64,000 nt of DNA from Octopus bimaculoides (taxonomy: Eukaryota), in NCBI RefSeq assembly GCF_001194135.2, contig NC_069005.1, forward strand, positions 842,542-906,541, read 5' to 3'. Below the pieces are notes generated by a model that did no database searches, was not told the DNA's origin, and saw only the letters and a list, made by a program, of their open reading frames with translations. Shown piece after piece: positions 1 to 11,720 of the stretch; position 1 is the stretch's first letter; every line of letters starts with the position of its first letter. Both the position numbers and the translations under genes were made by a program.

Positions 1-4
1 GTAT

Positions 5-240
5 CATCATCATCATCATCATTTAATGTTGACATGGTTTTGATGGTATAACCAGAGCTGGCAAGGTTGGGGAGCTGCACCAGACTCCACTCTCATTTGA
101 CATGGCTTCTATGGCTGGATGCCTTTCCTAATGCCAACCACTTCACAGAGTGTGTTGGGTGCTTTTGCATGGCCCCACACAGGCGCTTTTAGGTGGCATG
201 ACATGGGCACTTTACATGGGCACCACCACAAATGCTTTAC
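5..240 (-). mobile_element. SINE 3' body with (ATG)n tail, abundant octopus-type family
   Basis: (CAT)n followed by ...ctggatgcc(c/t)ttcctaa(t/c)gccaacc... shared with copies at 8030-8560, 11790-11960 and 35880-36330 and, inverted, 49320-49700. Confidence 0.75.
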
Positions 241-838
241 ACCACTTTTGCTGCAGAGGAGAGGTCTTCTTGAGTATTAAACAGTGAAGATGAGTGCTCA
301 ACACTGCATTGATGGGTCAATATTCTATATTTGTGGGTTAACAAGGCAACTAGTGGTTACATATGAAGAGGTCTTCACAATTGTCCAAGTGTGCCCCATG
401 AAAGTGTTGTTGGTACTTGTCCCATCCAAAACAGATGAGTACCAACTCTTCTGTGTTGCATGCTTGAATAATTGTGAAGACCCCGTCACATGAAACCATT
501 TGTTGCCTTGTTAACCCTCAACCCACATTGTCAGCCATGCTGTCCTGGCCCCTCCAAACAATTGCAAAAGCCTTGAAAAAGGAGTTATACCTTCCTACCC
601 ACTTCCCCTCCTATAAAACCCCTAAAATATGTCATGACCCCTCATTTACTACTCTGACTAAGCAATTAAAAATTACATTACAAAACTGAATCCCTTCAAA
701 TTATTTTCATCGAAAGCAAACATTATTTCTTTATTGATTTTGTTTTTTTAAATACCAAATATTTATTTCTGTTTTCACTTTCAATTTATGTTTTTTTATT
801 TCTGTGTTTATTCATACATTTCTTTCTTTCTTTTGCAG

Positions 839-1036
839 CTGGTTGTTACCTTCAAAGACTTCCTGCTCGCTGCTTTCCTTGCCTTCACTTTGCTCTCGAC
901 CTTCGTTTCGATGCCAATTCTCAAGTTCAAAATGAATCGTTATTTTGGATGTTACCTTCTGGTTCTTTATGGATTATTCAGTGTGATCACCTTGTTGATT
1001 GAGATTTCAGTGATACCAACACCTGTGATAAATTAA
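839..1036 (+). CDS. SLC8B1: Terminal coding exon of a mitochondrial Na+/Li+/Ca2+ exchanger (NCLX/SLC8B1-like); earlier exons lie outside the window
   Basis: Polypyrimidine acceptor tttctttcttttgcag| then LVVTFKDFLLAAFLAFTLLSTFVSMPILKFKMNRYFGCYLLVLYGLFSVITLLIEISVIPTPVIN* (TAA 1034-1036). Two hydrophobic helices joined by a F-K-M-N-R-Y-F-G loop resemble the NCLX C-terminus as I recall it (..SVPLQCFQLSRVYGFCLLLFY..VVALLTEFGVI). Confidence 0.75.
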   Translation: MVVTFKDFLLAAFLAFTLLSTFVSMPILKFKMNRYFGCYLLVLYGLFSVITLLIEISVIPTPVIN

Positions 1037-1073
1037 TACTTTGTCCTGTTTTCCTTGATTGAATGTGTGTGTG

Positions 1074-1108
<35 letters not shown>

Positions 1109-2458
1109 GTGGAGGGGAGTTATTCTGCTTGCCAATAATGGCAGGAATTGAAAGGAATCAACAAATTTAACTGTCCAACGAGTTTAAAAATTATAATCCT
1201 GGGGGTGTAAAACCATGACAAAATTTCGGTTCTAATTTGGAACTATTTCACTTCACTGACAACACCAATGCCTTTGGGAAACAGATGAAAATCACAGATC
1301 TCTACTTCCTACAAAATGTTTGATCCCTTGTGCCAATGTAACAAAACTGTGCCTAACAAATATGACCGACTCAAATGAAATCAGGGATGGCACAAAGGTG
1401 CCTCTTCTTTACATTACAACCCAACATTCAGAAGAAGATACCAAACGACTGCCAAACTTTATCTTCTCCAGTGAAACAAATAATAAATAATCCTAATGTA
1501 TCAATTCTAAAATAAATGAAGGTTGTGGGGACAACAGAGAAATGTGATGTAGGAACCATTTTGATACAAAACCTCGGATATTGTAAGGAGTCATTAAATA
1601 TGCAAAGCAGAATTGGGAAAGAAGTAATATTTCAAGAAAGGAATTGCAAGGTTTTCGTTTTCAAATGGAATCGACTTTTATATTTTAATAACGGCTCTTG
1701 TGCATGAAAATGTGAACATTATGTAAAATAAATACTACACACACACACATACATACACACCCTGTGTGCCCCACCATGACTATAATCCCCAGTCCCCCCA
1801 ACTTTGACCCCCTGCCAATACCTGGGAGTCTGGCCAAGAGTTTGACCAGAACATACGCTAACACACCCACAAACAAACGCACACATCCAAACATGGCAGA
1901 TACATAACCAATAGACTTTTTTTCCACTAGGCTCAATATAAGCTCCCACACATATTGAACCCCTGCACACACAAAGGCCCCACGAATTTAACCAAATACA
2001 TTAAAGAAAGAAAACACACTAACGAACACATATGCGTATGCCCACACCCCACACCCCACTGCAAAGGCTACACACACTCCATTCCCACAAGAACACCAAC
2101 CTTAAACTCATTTCCCACCAACTTTTCCAGAAAACTCTTGCTGATTCGCAACAAACCAGCCCCAGTGGTGATGGTTTTTGTTACCACAGACGTAACTTAA
2201 CTCAAACCCCCGATCGATTCATTTCATTATCTTTTTCACAGCAATCACAAACCAGATATGTTTATTCACTTCCAACAATAAAGAGCAATTGGCATATTTC
2301 ATTCCATAATGACTACCTCTGATGGGTGCAGGGTTACAAAACTGGACTCTTACCCAACGCACCATTGAATCCCTAATGCAAAAGTGATTGGTAATTAATG
2401 GCTTACTAGTGCAAACGACCAAATTCTTCCTGTTATTTTCCCTCCATTTTCTTCTTGC

Positions 2459-2506
<48 letters not shown>

Positions 2507-3366
2507 NNNNNNNNNNNNNNNNNNNNNNNNNNNNNNNNNNNNNNNNNNNNNNNNNNNNNNNNNNNNNNNNNNNNNNNNNNNNNNNNNNNNNNNNNNNNNN
2601 NNNNNNNNNNNNNNNNNNNNNNNNNNNNNNNNNNNNNNNNNNNNNNNNNNNNNNNNNNNNNNNNNNNNNNNNNNNNNNNNNNNNNNNNNNNNNNNNNNNN
2701 NNNNNNNNNNNNNNNNNNNNNNNNNNNNNNNNNNNNNNNNNNNNNNNNNNNNNNNNNNNNNNNNNNNNNNNNNNNNNNNNNNNNNNNNNNNNNNNNNNNN
2801 NNNNNNNNNNNNNNNNNNNNNNNNNNNNNNNNNNNNNNNNNNNNNNNNNNNNNNNNNNNNNNNNNNNNNNNNNNNNNNNNNNNNNNNNNNNNNNNNNNNN
2901 NNNNNNAGTGTTGGGTGGGGTGGGAGAAAGGAACCCTCTCTTTATGGAAATAAAGTGGGATACAGGAAGAAGGATAGTTTTAATTGTAAGAGGTGGGGGT
3001 TCATTAAATAAAACAATTACAAAATTATAAATATATACATTATAGAATAAAAAAATAAACAGATAAATAAATAAATCAGTTGTGGAAAAGTAAGTTGAAT
3101 AACGAAAAGTATTTGGATTTGGAGCTGATGTGTGTAAAGGGAAATAACTGCGATGGTAATTCATAGAAGTCTAAGATAAAAAAAACATATCTTTTATTTT
3201 ACACACAGACACACACGCATACACATACAAGCTCTTACACACACACATACACACAGGATGGTAACTTCTGCCCACAAAATTCAATCACAAGGCTTTGGTA
3301 AGCTCGAGGCTATAGCAAAAGACACTTGCCAAAAGTGCCACACAGTGAATATATATGCATGCATAC

Positions 3367-3402
<36 letters not shown>

Positions 3403-3403
<1 letters not shown>

Positions 3404-4764
3404 CACACTCACAGGCGCATGCACTTGCCCACACAATATGGACACTTCTCACTGTATAAAGCAATTAAAAAGCCAATTGAATGAAATCTTAATCTCTGGA
3501 TATGTACGACTGTTGTTTATCTAACATGTGACAAACATAAGTGTGTAAATACATGTAACACAANNNNNNNNNNNNNNNNNNNNNNNNNNNNNNNNNNNNN
3601 NNNNNNNNNNNNNNNNNNNNNNNNNNNNNNNNNNNNNNNNNNNNNNNNNNNNNNNNNNNNNNNNNNNNNNNNNNNNNNNNNNNNNNNNNNNNNNNNNNNN
3701 NNNNNNNNNNNNNNNNNNNNNNNNNNNNNNNNNNNNNNNNNNNNNNNNNNNNNNNNNNNNNNNNNNNNNNNNNNNNNNNNNNNNNNNNNNNNNNNNNNNN
3801 NNNNNNNNNNNNNNNNNNNNNNNNNNNNNNNNNNNNNNNNNNNNNNNNNNNNNNNNNNNNNNNNNNNNNNNNNNNNNNNNNNNNNNNNNNNNNNNNNNNN
3901 NNNNNNNNNNNNNNNNNNNNNNNNNNNNNNNNNNNNNNNNNNNNNNNNNNNNNNNNNNNNNNNNNNNNNNNNNNNNNNNNNNNNNNNNNNNNNNNNNNNN
4001 NNNNNNNNNNNNNNNNNNNNNNNNNNNNNNNNNNNNNNNNNNNNNNNNNNNNNNNNNNNNNNNNNNNNNNNNNNNNNNNNNNNNNNNNNNNNNNNNNNNN
4101 NNNNNNNNNNNNNNNNNNNNNNNNNNNNNNNNNNNNNNNNNNNNNNNNNNNNNNNNNNNNNNNNNNNNNNNNNNNNNNNNNNNNNNNNNNNNNNNNNNNN
4201 NNNNNNNNNNNNNNNNNNNNNNNNNNNNNNNNNNNNNNNNNNNNNNNNNNNNNNNNNNNNNNNNNNNNNNNNNNNNNNNNNNNNNNNNNNNNNNNNNNNN
4301 NNNNNNNNNNNNNNNNNNNNNNNNNNNNNNNNNNNNNNNNNNNNNNNNNNNNNNNNNNNNNNNNNNNNNNNNNNNNNNNNNNNNNNNNNNNNNNNNNNNN
4401 NNNNNNNNNNNNNNNNNNNNNNNNNNNNNNNNNNNNNNNNNNNNNNNNNNNNNNNNNNNNNNNNNNNNNNNNNNNNNNNNNNNNNNNNNNNNNNNNNNNN
4501 NNNNNNATTAATTTATATAGTTTTTTGTTAAATTATTTCATTGCACTCTTGCAATCTCTTCAAATAAATGGAAGTGGAGAGACAAGTTACTGAAGAGATT
4601 GCAAGAGTGCAATGAAATAATTTAACAAAAAACTATATAAATTAATAAAGGACTGAACCAGTGCGTGTGTTTATTACCGGCATAATGCCTCTCCCAAGGT
4701 TTAATTGTATTTCTTTCAACACACGTATACACATCAAGAATCTTGCACACGAAATACACATACG

Positions 4765-4800
<36 letters not shown>

Positions 4801-4955
4801 TCACAGGCGCATGCACTTGCCCACACAATATGGACACTTCTCACTGTATAAAGCAATTAAAAAGCCAATTGAATGAAATCTTAATCTCTGGATATGTACG
4901 ACTGTTGTTTATCTAACATGTGACAAACATAAGTGTGTAAATACATGTAACACAA
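3403..4955 (+). repeat. Identical 161-bp segments (3403-3563 and 4795-4955) on either side of a scaffold gap
   Basis: Base-for-base match; the first copy ends exactly at the gap edge. Confidence 0.9.
4507..4646. repeat. Perfect 56-bp inverted repeat with 28-nt spacer
   Basis: 4507-4562 is the exact reverse complement of 4591-4646; the left arm abuts an N gap. Confidence 0.9.
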
Positions 4956-5488
4956 GGGTGTAACACAAGGATGTAACACAAGGGTGTAGCACAAAGAGAA
5001 CAATGAGTAACTTTGTTTTTGTGTTACAAAATATATAAATCAACACATGTGTATATATTTATTTCTATTGTACATCTTTCAATTTTGAGGAATAAACTTT
5101 TGTTATTTTTTACCTGGTTTTGTTAAAATTTAATGCCAAATGTCTTAAAAACTACAAATGTATGTATGGATGGGTGGATGTACGCGATAGTTGTGAATAG
5201 TGAGGATGTCACTCAATCCCATCGTTTTATTTCCGCCTCAAACTCATGACTAGGTTTCTTGCATTAGGGATCATTTTTTAAATGTTCCACATTAAAAATG
5301 ATGGTAAAAATATCTTCATTTTTAATGTGAAACACTTGAAAATTGAGATAAACAATGCAAGAAACTCGAGGTTATCCACAAAATCTGCAAATAAAGAATA
5401 CGTATGTAGTTGGTTTGTTTGACCAAAACTTCTTCAAGGCATGGACAGAGTCCAATAGCTGAAACAAGGAAAAGACAAAAGATACATA

Positions 5489-5548
<60 letters not shown>

Positions 5549-5551
5549 ATT

Positions 5552-5749
5552 AGGCTACCATTGGTTTCATGTTAAGAAAAGTAGGAAACTATCCTAGGAT
5601 CTTAAGATGTTTGCCTCCAGTTTGGAAAACACAGCCTCGTGTTTTCCAAAAATGGAGGCAAACATCTTTCTCCATTTAGTCGACTTGAAAAATTGTTAAG
5701 ACCCTAGCATAATTTCCTACTCTTTTTAACATGAAACCAAAGGTAACCT
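5552..5749. mobile_element. Foldback/MITE-like element with nested inverted repeats
   Basis: Outer ~54-bp arms 5552-5605 / 5696-5749; inner ~29-bp hairpin 5604-5632 / 5639-5668 with 6-nt loop. Confidence 0.75.
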
Positions 5750-6639
5750 GAATTCACAAATAAAGAAATTATATTCACCAATGTGGTGTTGAGCAATCAT
5801 TTTCATCGTTCGACATTTACGTATATATATAAGTAAATGTCGATGTGTGTGTGTGTCCGTACACACTTCTATGATCGGACGAAATTCTCTGCGAAATTGT
5901 AAAGATTTGTGAGGTTTACAATCGAAGGGAAATAACTCTGCTATATCCTATCAGGGACAACCCGAAAGACCGTTCAAGAGAAAGTTACTTGTTAGGTTCA
6001 TATGACGATGGACGGAAGATGATGCTGTATAAAATCTTGTTATTAAGAGACTCACTACAGCAACAGTGCTCTATGAAAGGCCCACATCGCATCAGAACCT
6101 GGTGCAATGTTGCCACCGCAGTATGAAAAGTACAGTTTTATAATAACTGGTAAATACAAGCCTCTACTCAGCCCCCGTTAAACACCCAATGCCAAGTCTT
6201 CGGAATCTGCACAAACCCCGTAACTGGTGGGTATGGAATTCTTGTCGTCAGATTTCCGTTGATATAAACTGCTTTTGCTTCAATTAATTTTGAAAATATT
6301 GAAGAATTTACTAAAATAACTATGAAGTTATTAAGCCTGTATTTGAAACATGATATTAAAAAAATTTCCAAGTTAATATTTTTATTACATATACAACAAA
6401 AAAGAAAGACAAAAAAAAAAAAAATCAGTGAAGCACCAAATGCTTCAAGCATGGATTAATATTGAAATTTTGGTCGTTAGCACTCTGAGCGAAATGCTGA
6501 GCGGTATTTCGTCTGTCTTTATGTTCTGAGTTCAAATTCCGCCGAAGTTGACCTTGCCTTTCATCCTGTTGGAATCGATAAATTGGGGCTAATGCAATTT
6601 CGCAGCTCTCTTTGAAAAATGCATTAAAAAAAAAAAAAA

Positions 6640-7030
6640 TTCGGATCCCTACGTTTTAGATGTCGGAGATTACGAATATGCAAAAAAAACCCCATTTTAA
6701 CCCCTCCCCGCCTCCTTTAAAATTTAGAATCTTTTCGAAATTTTGTTTCCCTATGTCTAAGATGACGGAGATTCCGAATATTTTTGCCAATTTTTTGCAG
6801 ATTCGTATTCCCCGTAGCTGAATATTGGGGTTTGTGTTGAAAAAAAAAAAATTTTTTTTAAGGGTGGTTTTGAGGAGGGGACGCGCGCGCCCCTCCCCAT
6901 TTTCTCCCAAATTTGTTTATTAAAAAAAAAATTTTTTGCTAAAAATCCCCGTCTTTGGATACGGAGGTTCCGGAAAATTGCCATAAATCGGCATTTAATA
7001 TTGACATTTTGGCGGTCGATTTTAATGTAG
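6640..7030. mobile_element. CpG-rich transposon-like remnant with a repeated 22-bp motif
   Basis: agatgtcggagattacgaatat (6658-6679), agatgacggagattccgaatat (6760-6781), and an inverted variant near 6797-6822. Confidence 0.45.
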
Positions 7031-7118
7031 ATCACTTTTCGACAGAAAGTTTGTATCCATGAACCAGGAACAGTTTCAGGCAGTCGGACGTAGCAAAGGG
7101 ATGGAATATCAGGTTCTG

Positions 7119-7512
7119 TTTAAATACAGAGGTCCGAAGGGGAGGTAATCTAGTTTTACCAAAACTACTGTTACTGATGTAAGGGGCCCCACAATATCAT
7201 CTATTTTTTACTCCGATCTCCCCGCACCCCCACCGACAATATCGTCCGTTTTTAATCTGATGTTTTTACAGTGCACACTCGTTAGGATTAGTTAGGATGG
7301 TGAAAGTAAAGAATACGTACACCTAGTATTTAGAGTTAGGGTTACGCAGAAAACGGGTGGTGTACGTATTCCTTACCTCCGCTGGTTTGGGTTAGTTTTT
7401 AGTTTCGACTTCCACAAGGGCCGCTTATGTGAAGTCACAGTAGTTTTGATAAAACTAGATTACCTCCCTTCTTATATTCCTTGCGTAGATGCGTCGGGTT
7501 CTCTGTATTTAA
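7119..7512. mobile_element. Non-autonomous DNA transposon-like element with long TIRs and telomere-like internal motifs
   Basis: ttaaatacagag and ggaggtaatctagtttta(c/t)caaaactactgt(t/g)act match in inverted orientation at the two ends; inner IR gaatacgtacacc / ggtgtacgtattc; gttagg and ttagggtt motifs inside. Confidence 0.65.
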
Positions 7513-7802
7513 GTAGAATCAAAAATAATTCCTTAGATTATAAATGGACAAAACTAATTTGCCTTTTAAATAGTTTTATCATCGTCCTCGTTGCTATTGT
7601 CATGTAATGTCCACTTATCTTACTGGTATGGGTCAGACAGAGTTTAACGGGGGAAATTTTCTGTGATTGGTTGTCCTCGTTCCTTCTGTGTTTTCAAGCA
7701 AGGACAAAGATTCACCGAATATCAGGAGGGAAGGACATTTGTCAAGACAAGGTCACACACACACGCAAATGTATGTATGTGTGTATATATATATATATAT
7801 AT

Positions 7803-7994
7803 ATGACAATATCTGGACTTAAAAGACATATGCTAGTTCACAAAAACATTCCTTTAGAATCAGATTCCAAAGGGCAAAGATATAGAAGAAACTTCAATAA
7901 TATCTGTCACTTGTGTTTGAAACCTTGTCAGTCAGCAGCTAATCTTAAAAGTCATCTGAGGGCTCATCAATGGAGGGATTGTGCTGTGTGTTGA
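7803..7994 (+). pseudogene. Isolated C2H2 zinc-finger relic (one complete finger plus the tail of another)
   Basis: ..SGLKRHMLVH.. then CHLCLKPCQSAANLKSHLRAH (C-x2-C-x12-H-x3-H, 7905-7967); the upstream part is replaced by (TA)n. Confidence 0.55.
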
Positions 7995-8029
7995 TGGGAC
8001 AGCTATCATCTGTCAAGGTGAAGCAATCA

Positions 8030-8560
8030 TCATGATCATCGTTTAACGTCCGCTTTCCATGCTGGCATGGGTTGGACGGTTTGACTGAGGACTGGTGAGC
8101 CAGATGGCTGCACCAGGCTCCAGTCTGTTCTGGCAGAGTTTCTACAGTTGGATGCCCTTCCTAACGCCAACCGCTCCGAGAGTGTAGTGGGTGCTTTTAC
8201 GTGCCACCGGCACAAGAGCCAGTTAGGTGGTACTGGCAACGGCCACGCTCAAATTGTGTTTTTACGTGTCACCTGCACAGGAGCCAGTCCAGCGGCACTG
8301 GCAACGCCCTCGTTTGAATGTTGTTTTCCACGTACCACCGCCACAAGTGCTAGTAAGGCGACGCTGCTAACAATCACACTCGAATGGTGCTTTTTACGTG
8401 CCACTTACACAGGGGTCAGTCAGCGGCCCTGGCGACGATCACGCTCGGATAGTGCTCTTAGCGCTCCACTAGCACAGATGCCAGTCATGCGGTGCTGTCA
8501 TCGAATTTGATTTTGATTTCGATTTCACTTGCCTCAACAGGTGTTCGTTCTGTTGTCTGT
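8030..8560 (-). mobile_element. SINE body with internal ~60-70 bp tandem units
   Basis: catcgtttaacgtccgctttccatgctggcatgggttggacgg..., then repeated tttacgtgccac..cac(a/g)..gccag..gg(t/c)actggcaacg units; best-preserved copy in the window. Confidence 0.8.
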
Positions 8561-8801
8561 AAACGAAGTCCGTTTTGTTTTTATGTCCCCGTTCATTTTT
8601 CTAACGTCCTGTACCCGGATATGCATCTATATATACATGTAGATGTAGGTATGTACATATATGTATATATACATGCATATGCTTATATATCATTTGTATT
8701 ATTATATCATCGAACGTACGCGTCCATTTGCAAGTAAGTTTCAACTATATATATATATATACATATACATACATACACACATGTACTTATATATATATAT
8801 A

Positions 8802-8960
8802 TGACAGGCTTCTTTCAGTCTCTATCTACCAAATCCCCTCACAAGGCTTTGGTCAGCCTGAGGCTATAGTAGAAGACATTTGCCCAAGGTGCCATGCATT
8901 GGGACTGAACCCAGAACCATGTGGTTGGGAAGCATTCTTCTGAACCACACAGCCAGGTTT
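8802..8960 (-). mobile_element. tRNA-derived SINE head
   Basis: Minus strand has A-box-like TGGCTGTGTGG and B-box-like GGTTCAGTCCC; homologous heads at 3258-3350, 21350-21445, 50560-50600, 58222-58280 and 59520-59660. Confidence 0.8.
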
Positions 8961-9212
8961 GTGCTTGCGTATAACACACACACACACACACATTATAGAC
9001 ATTTTCGTGTATTGCACACTGACGCACGTACAATGGACATAGGAAGAGAAGCATTTCAAAAACATAAACAGTTGCAGTGAGCCACATCTCTGTTCTCCTT
9101 TCTTGCTAGCATCAATGCCCTCTTCTCCATCCTCTCTCTTACCATCAGCATGCAGCAAGGAGGAGTACGGGAAGAGGAGAGGGAGGGGACTAACCACGGC
9201 GGCAGCAGCAGC

Positions 9213-9301
9213 AGACGTCAGAACCAATTCGGTTTTATTTGTGCTGGCTTTCAGGAATAAGTGCTTTGACGTCATCAGCCATTCATTAAGCATTGACGTC
9301 A
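9213..9301. promoter_or_regulatory. Cluster of cAMP-response elements
   Basis: TGACGTCA at 9267-9274 and 9294-9301; AGACGTCA at 9213-9220; CCAAT at 9224-9228. Confidence 0.45.
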
Positions 9302-9827
9302 CAAACGATGTGCCTTGCAGTTAATTGTATCTGTAGCACAAGCAGCAGCTTTCTTGTTGTTGTGATGCCTGTTGTTGCAAGTTTAACTGATGAAACAGCA
9401 GCAGCAGCACTATGTTGTTATTGATGATGCAAACTGCTATTAGCTCTACTACTACTACTACTACTACTACTATTGCTGCTTCTGCTAGATTTAGTGCTCT
9501 GACAAACAGATTTTCTTCAATATTTTATACACTGTACTTCCCTTCACTCAGTTTTTCTGTTTCAGTAACAATTAATAAAGAGAGAGAGAGAGAGAGAGAG
9601 GTAGAAATAGAAAGCAGAGGAGAGTGAATGAAAGAGAGAATGTGTAGAAGATAAAACCAAAGCTTTATTCCATCCAAATGAGAAGCCATGAGTTTTTAAT
9701 TAAAATGGTAGAAAATAACACCAAACCTGACCAGAGGTCATTCAGGTTTTTTTCTGGCCACTTTCTCATTTTTCTCTCCATTCTCCCCATTTTGTTATTT
9801 TTATTTCTTTTTGGTAAATAACCTATG

Positions 9828-9897
<70 letters not shown>

Positions 9898-10559
9898 AGA
9901 CAGCATGCTGGCATGCTTTGCAGCATTTCTTCCATCTTAATGTTCTGAGTTCAAATTCTGCCAAGCTTAACTTTGCCTTTCGTTCTTTCAGGGTCTACAA
10001 AACGGACACCAATTGAGCAGCACTTACACTTGCATGGCTTAAGCTTTGAGACAAGCATTAGTCTTGACAAAGTAATTTGGATACTAAAGGGTTAAAGCAT
10101 TTCATCTCAGGATTATCCTCTTCAAAGTAAATTTCATTGAGGCTCTTCCTTGGCTTATATTCACCTTTCCATGTTTCCATGAAAGTCTGTCCTCTTGGCA
10201 TCCACCATTGTTGAAACCTCAAGTTTCATGCTGTTCGAATGCTTTCATTGTTTCTTTCAATATTTCACACAATTTTTAAATAACATCTCCTCTTCAGCTG
10301 CAGGGAGTTGCAAAGTAACCACGGCAGCAACAAATGGCGTACTATACCATATATATATATATATATATATATGTAATATATATTACATTGTGCGTAAGAT
10401 ATTTGATGACAGATTTATGTTTATAAAAAAAAAAACAGATAATAATTTTATTTATCAAAAAATGTTATGAGGATGAAAATAAACCTTTTCTATAATGTTA
10501 TTCAATAAAGCTACCTTCAGTTTCAACAACTGCTTCTATATAAAATCTAAATTATCTAC

Positions 10560-11720
10560 ATGTTTGAATCAAGTGGTTCATTTTGGACATTTTCCTTGAC
10601 CACTCTCTCTCTCAACAACGTTCTACATGTAATAGCCTAATGGATTGAGATCTGAGGAATTAGGAGACCAAATGTTAGGGGTTGTGTGACCATGAAAATT
10701 TTCAGCCATCTATTTTTGTGTTACTAGAGCCATGTGTGATAGTGCAGTTTTACGCAAACACATATGGCCTTCCATTGCATACACTGTCTATCCAGGGCTT
10801 AACAATTATTTCCAGGACCTCAATGTAGGTCTTTTCAGAAGCCATATAACCACTTTCCCAACTATACTATGCTAAGTCTCTGTAGCTTGATCATCCCATG
10901 ATCAACCCTTATCAAAGGTCTTTGCAAAATTAAGAAATACCACATCCACATTTGAGTGATTCATCAGTTGCTTCAATTTCCAGACATAATGCTGCTGTTG
11001 CAAGTTATTATCTTCAAGGAACGCAATGAGTCTCTTCCTGACAATGCATTCCATGACTTTGCTGACATGGCAGGTAAGAGAGAGACAGGTCTATAATCTT
11101 TAGCATCTGCTCTGCTGCCTCCTTTATGGATAGGACATATTATGTCTTCTTTTCACCTTCTCCCAGTTGTTTAGAAACTTCAGAAGTTGAACTGTAGTGG
11201 TCTTGCTAGAGCCCTTTTGCATTTCTTTAGAATCGTTGGCAATCTGTCAGGTCCTCTGGCTGATATTACATCAATTACCTCTATTTTGATGTTATCACTA
11301 ATTGCTAGCGCTTTGTGGGACTCCTCAAGCATAGCTATATGCAAGTGTCCCAATGGAGTTGTGAAAAGATTATTCTTATATTGCACCTAACCTGTCAGGG
11401 TCTGCAGTTGGTGAGCCATTTTCCTCAAGCAGTGACCCTGTCTTGTTCCATACTGAAACAGTTCTCTTGTGAATCTATAAGAAGTCTTTAGTTTGTCCTT
11501 ACATTTTTGACAGCCCCTGGCTCCCTTCTCTACCCTCTCCTTTTCATGGGACTGTTTGTGATTTCTGCTCATCCTCTCATTACAATCCTCCCATCCCTGG
11601 GAATTATATCTTTCTTCTGTTTTGACACTCTCCCTCTGGAGCAAACTTACTGCACACACAATGCACGTCTTGTCATATGGTGCAGCAGCTTTATGTCTCA
11701 ACATCTTGTGTTGAGAGAGA
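10560..11720 (-). mobile_element. Decayed LINE ORF2 (CR1/L2/Jockey-like reverse transcriptase)
   Basis: SARGPDRLPTILKKCKRALARPLQ, SLTCHVSKVMECIVRKRLIAFLEDNNL and VDVVFLNFAKTFDK segments; frameshifts and stops. Confidence 0.85.

Noticed and set aside
2388-3164. Long ORFs of 191-243 aa (also 13649-14541 and 38252-38633)
   Set aside because: They run through N gaps and (TA)n; artefacts of translating unknown bases.
8180-8480. Regularly spaced repeats that could be mistaken for a CRISPR array
   Set aside because: Diverged tandem units inside a eukaryotic SINE; no unique spacers and no cas genes.
8802-8960. tRNA gene-like A and B boxes
   Set aside because: No complete cloverleaf; continuous with SINE sequence and present in many decayed copies.
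8853-9302. 149-aa minus-strand ORF
   Set aside because: Built from low-complexity (GCT)n and GA-rich sequence, (TG)n and a SINE head; the CRE cluster is the better-supported signal here.
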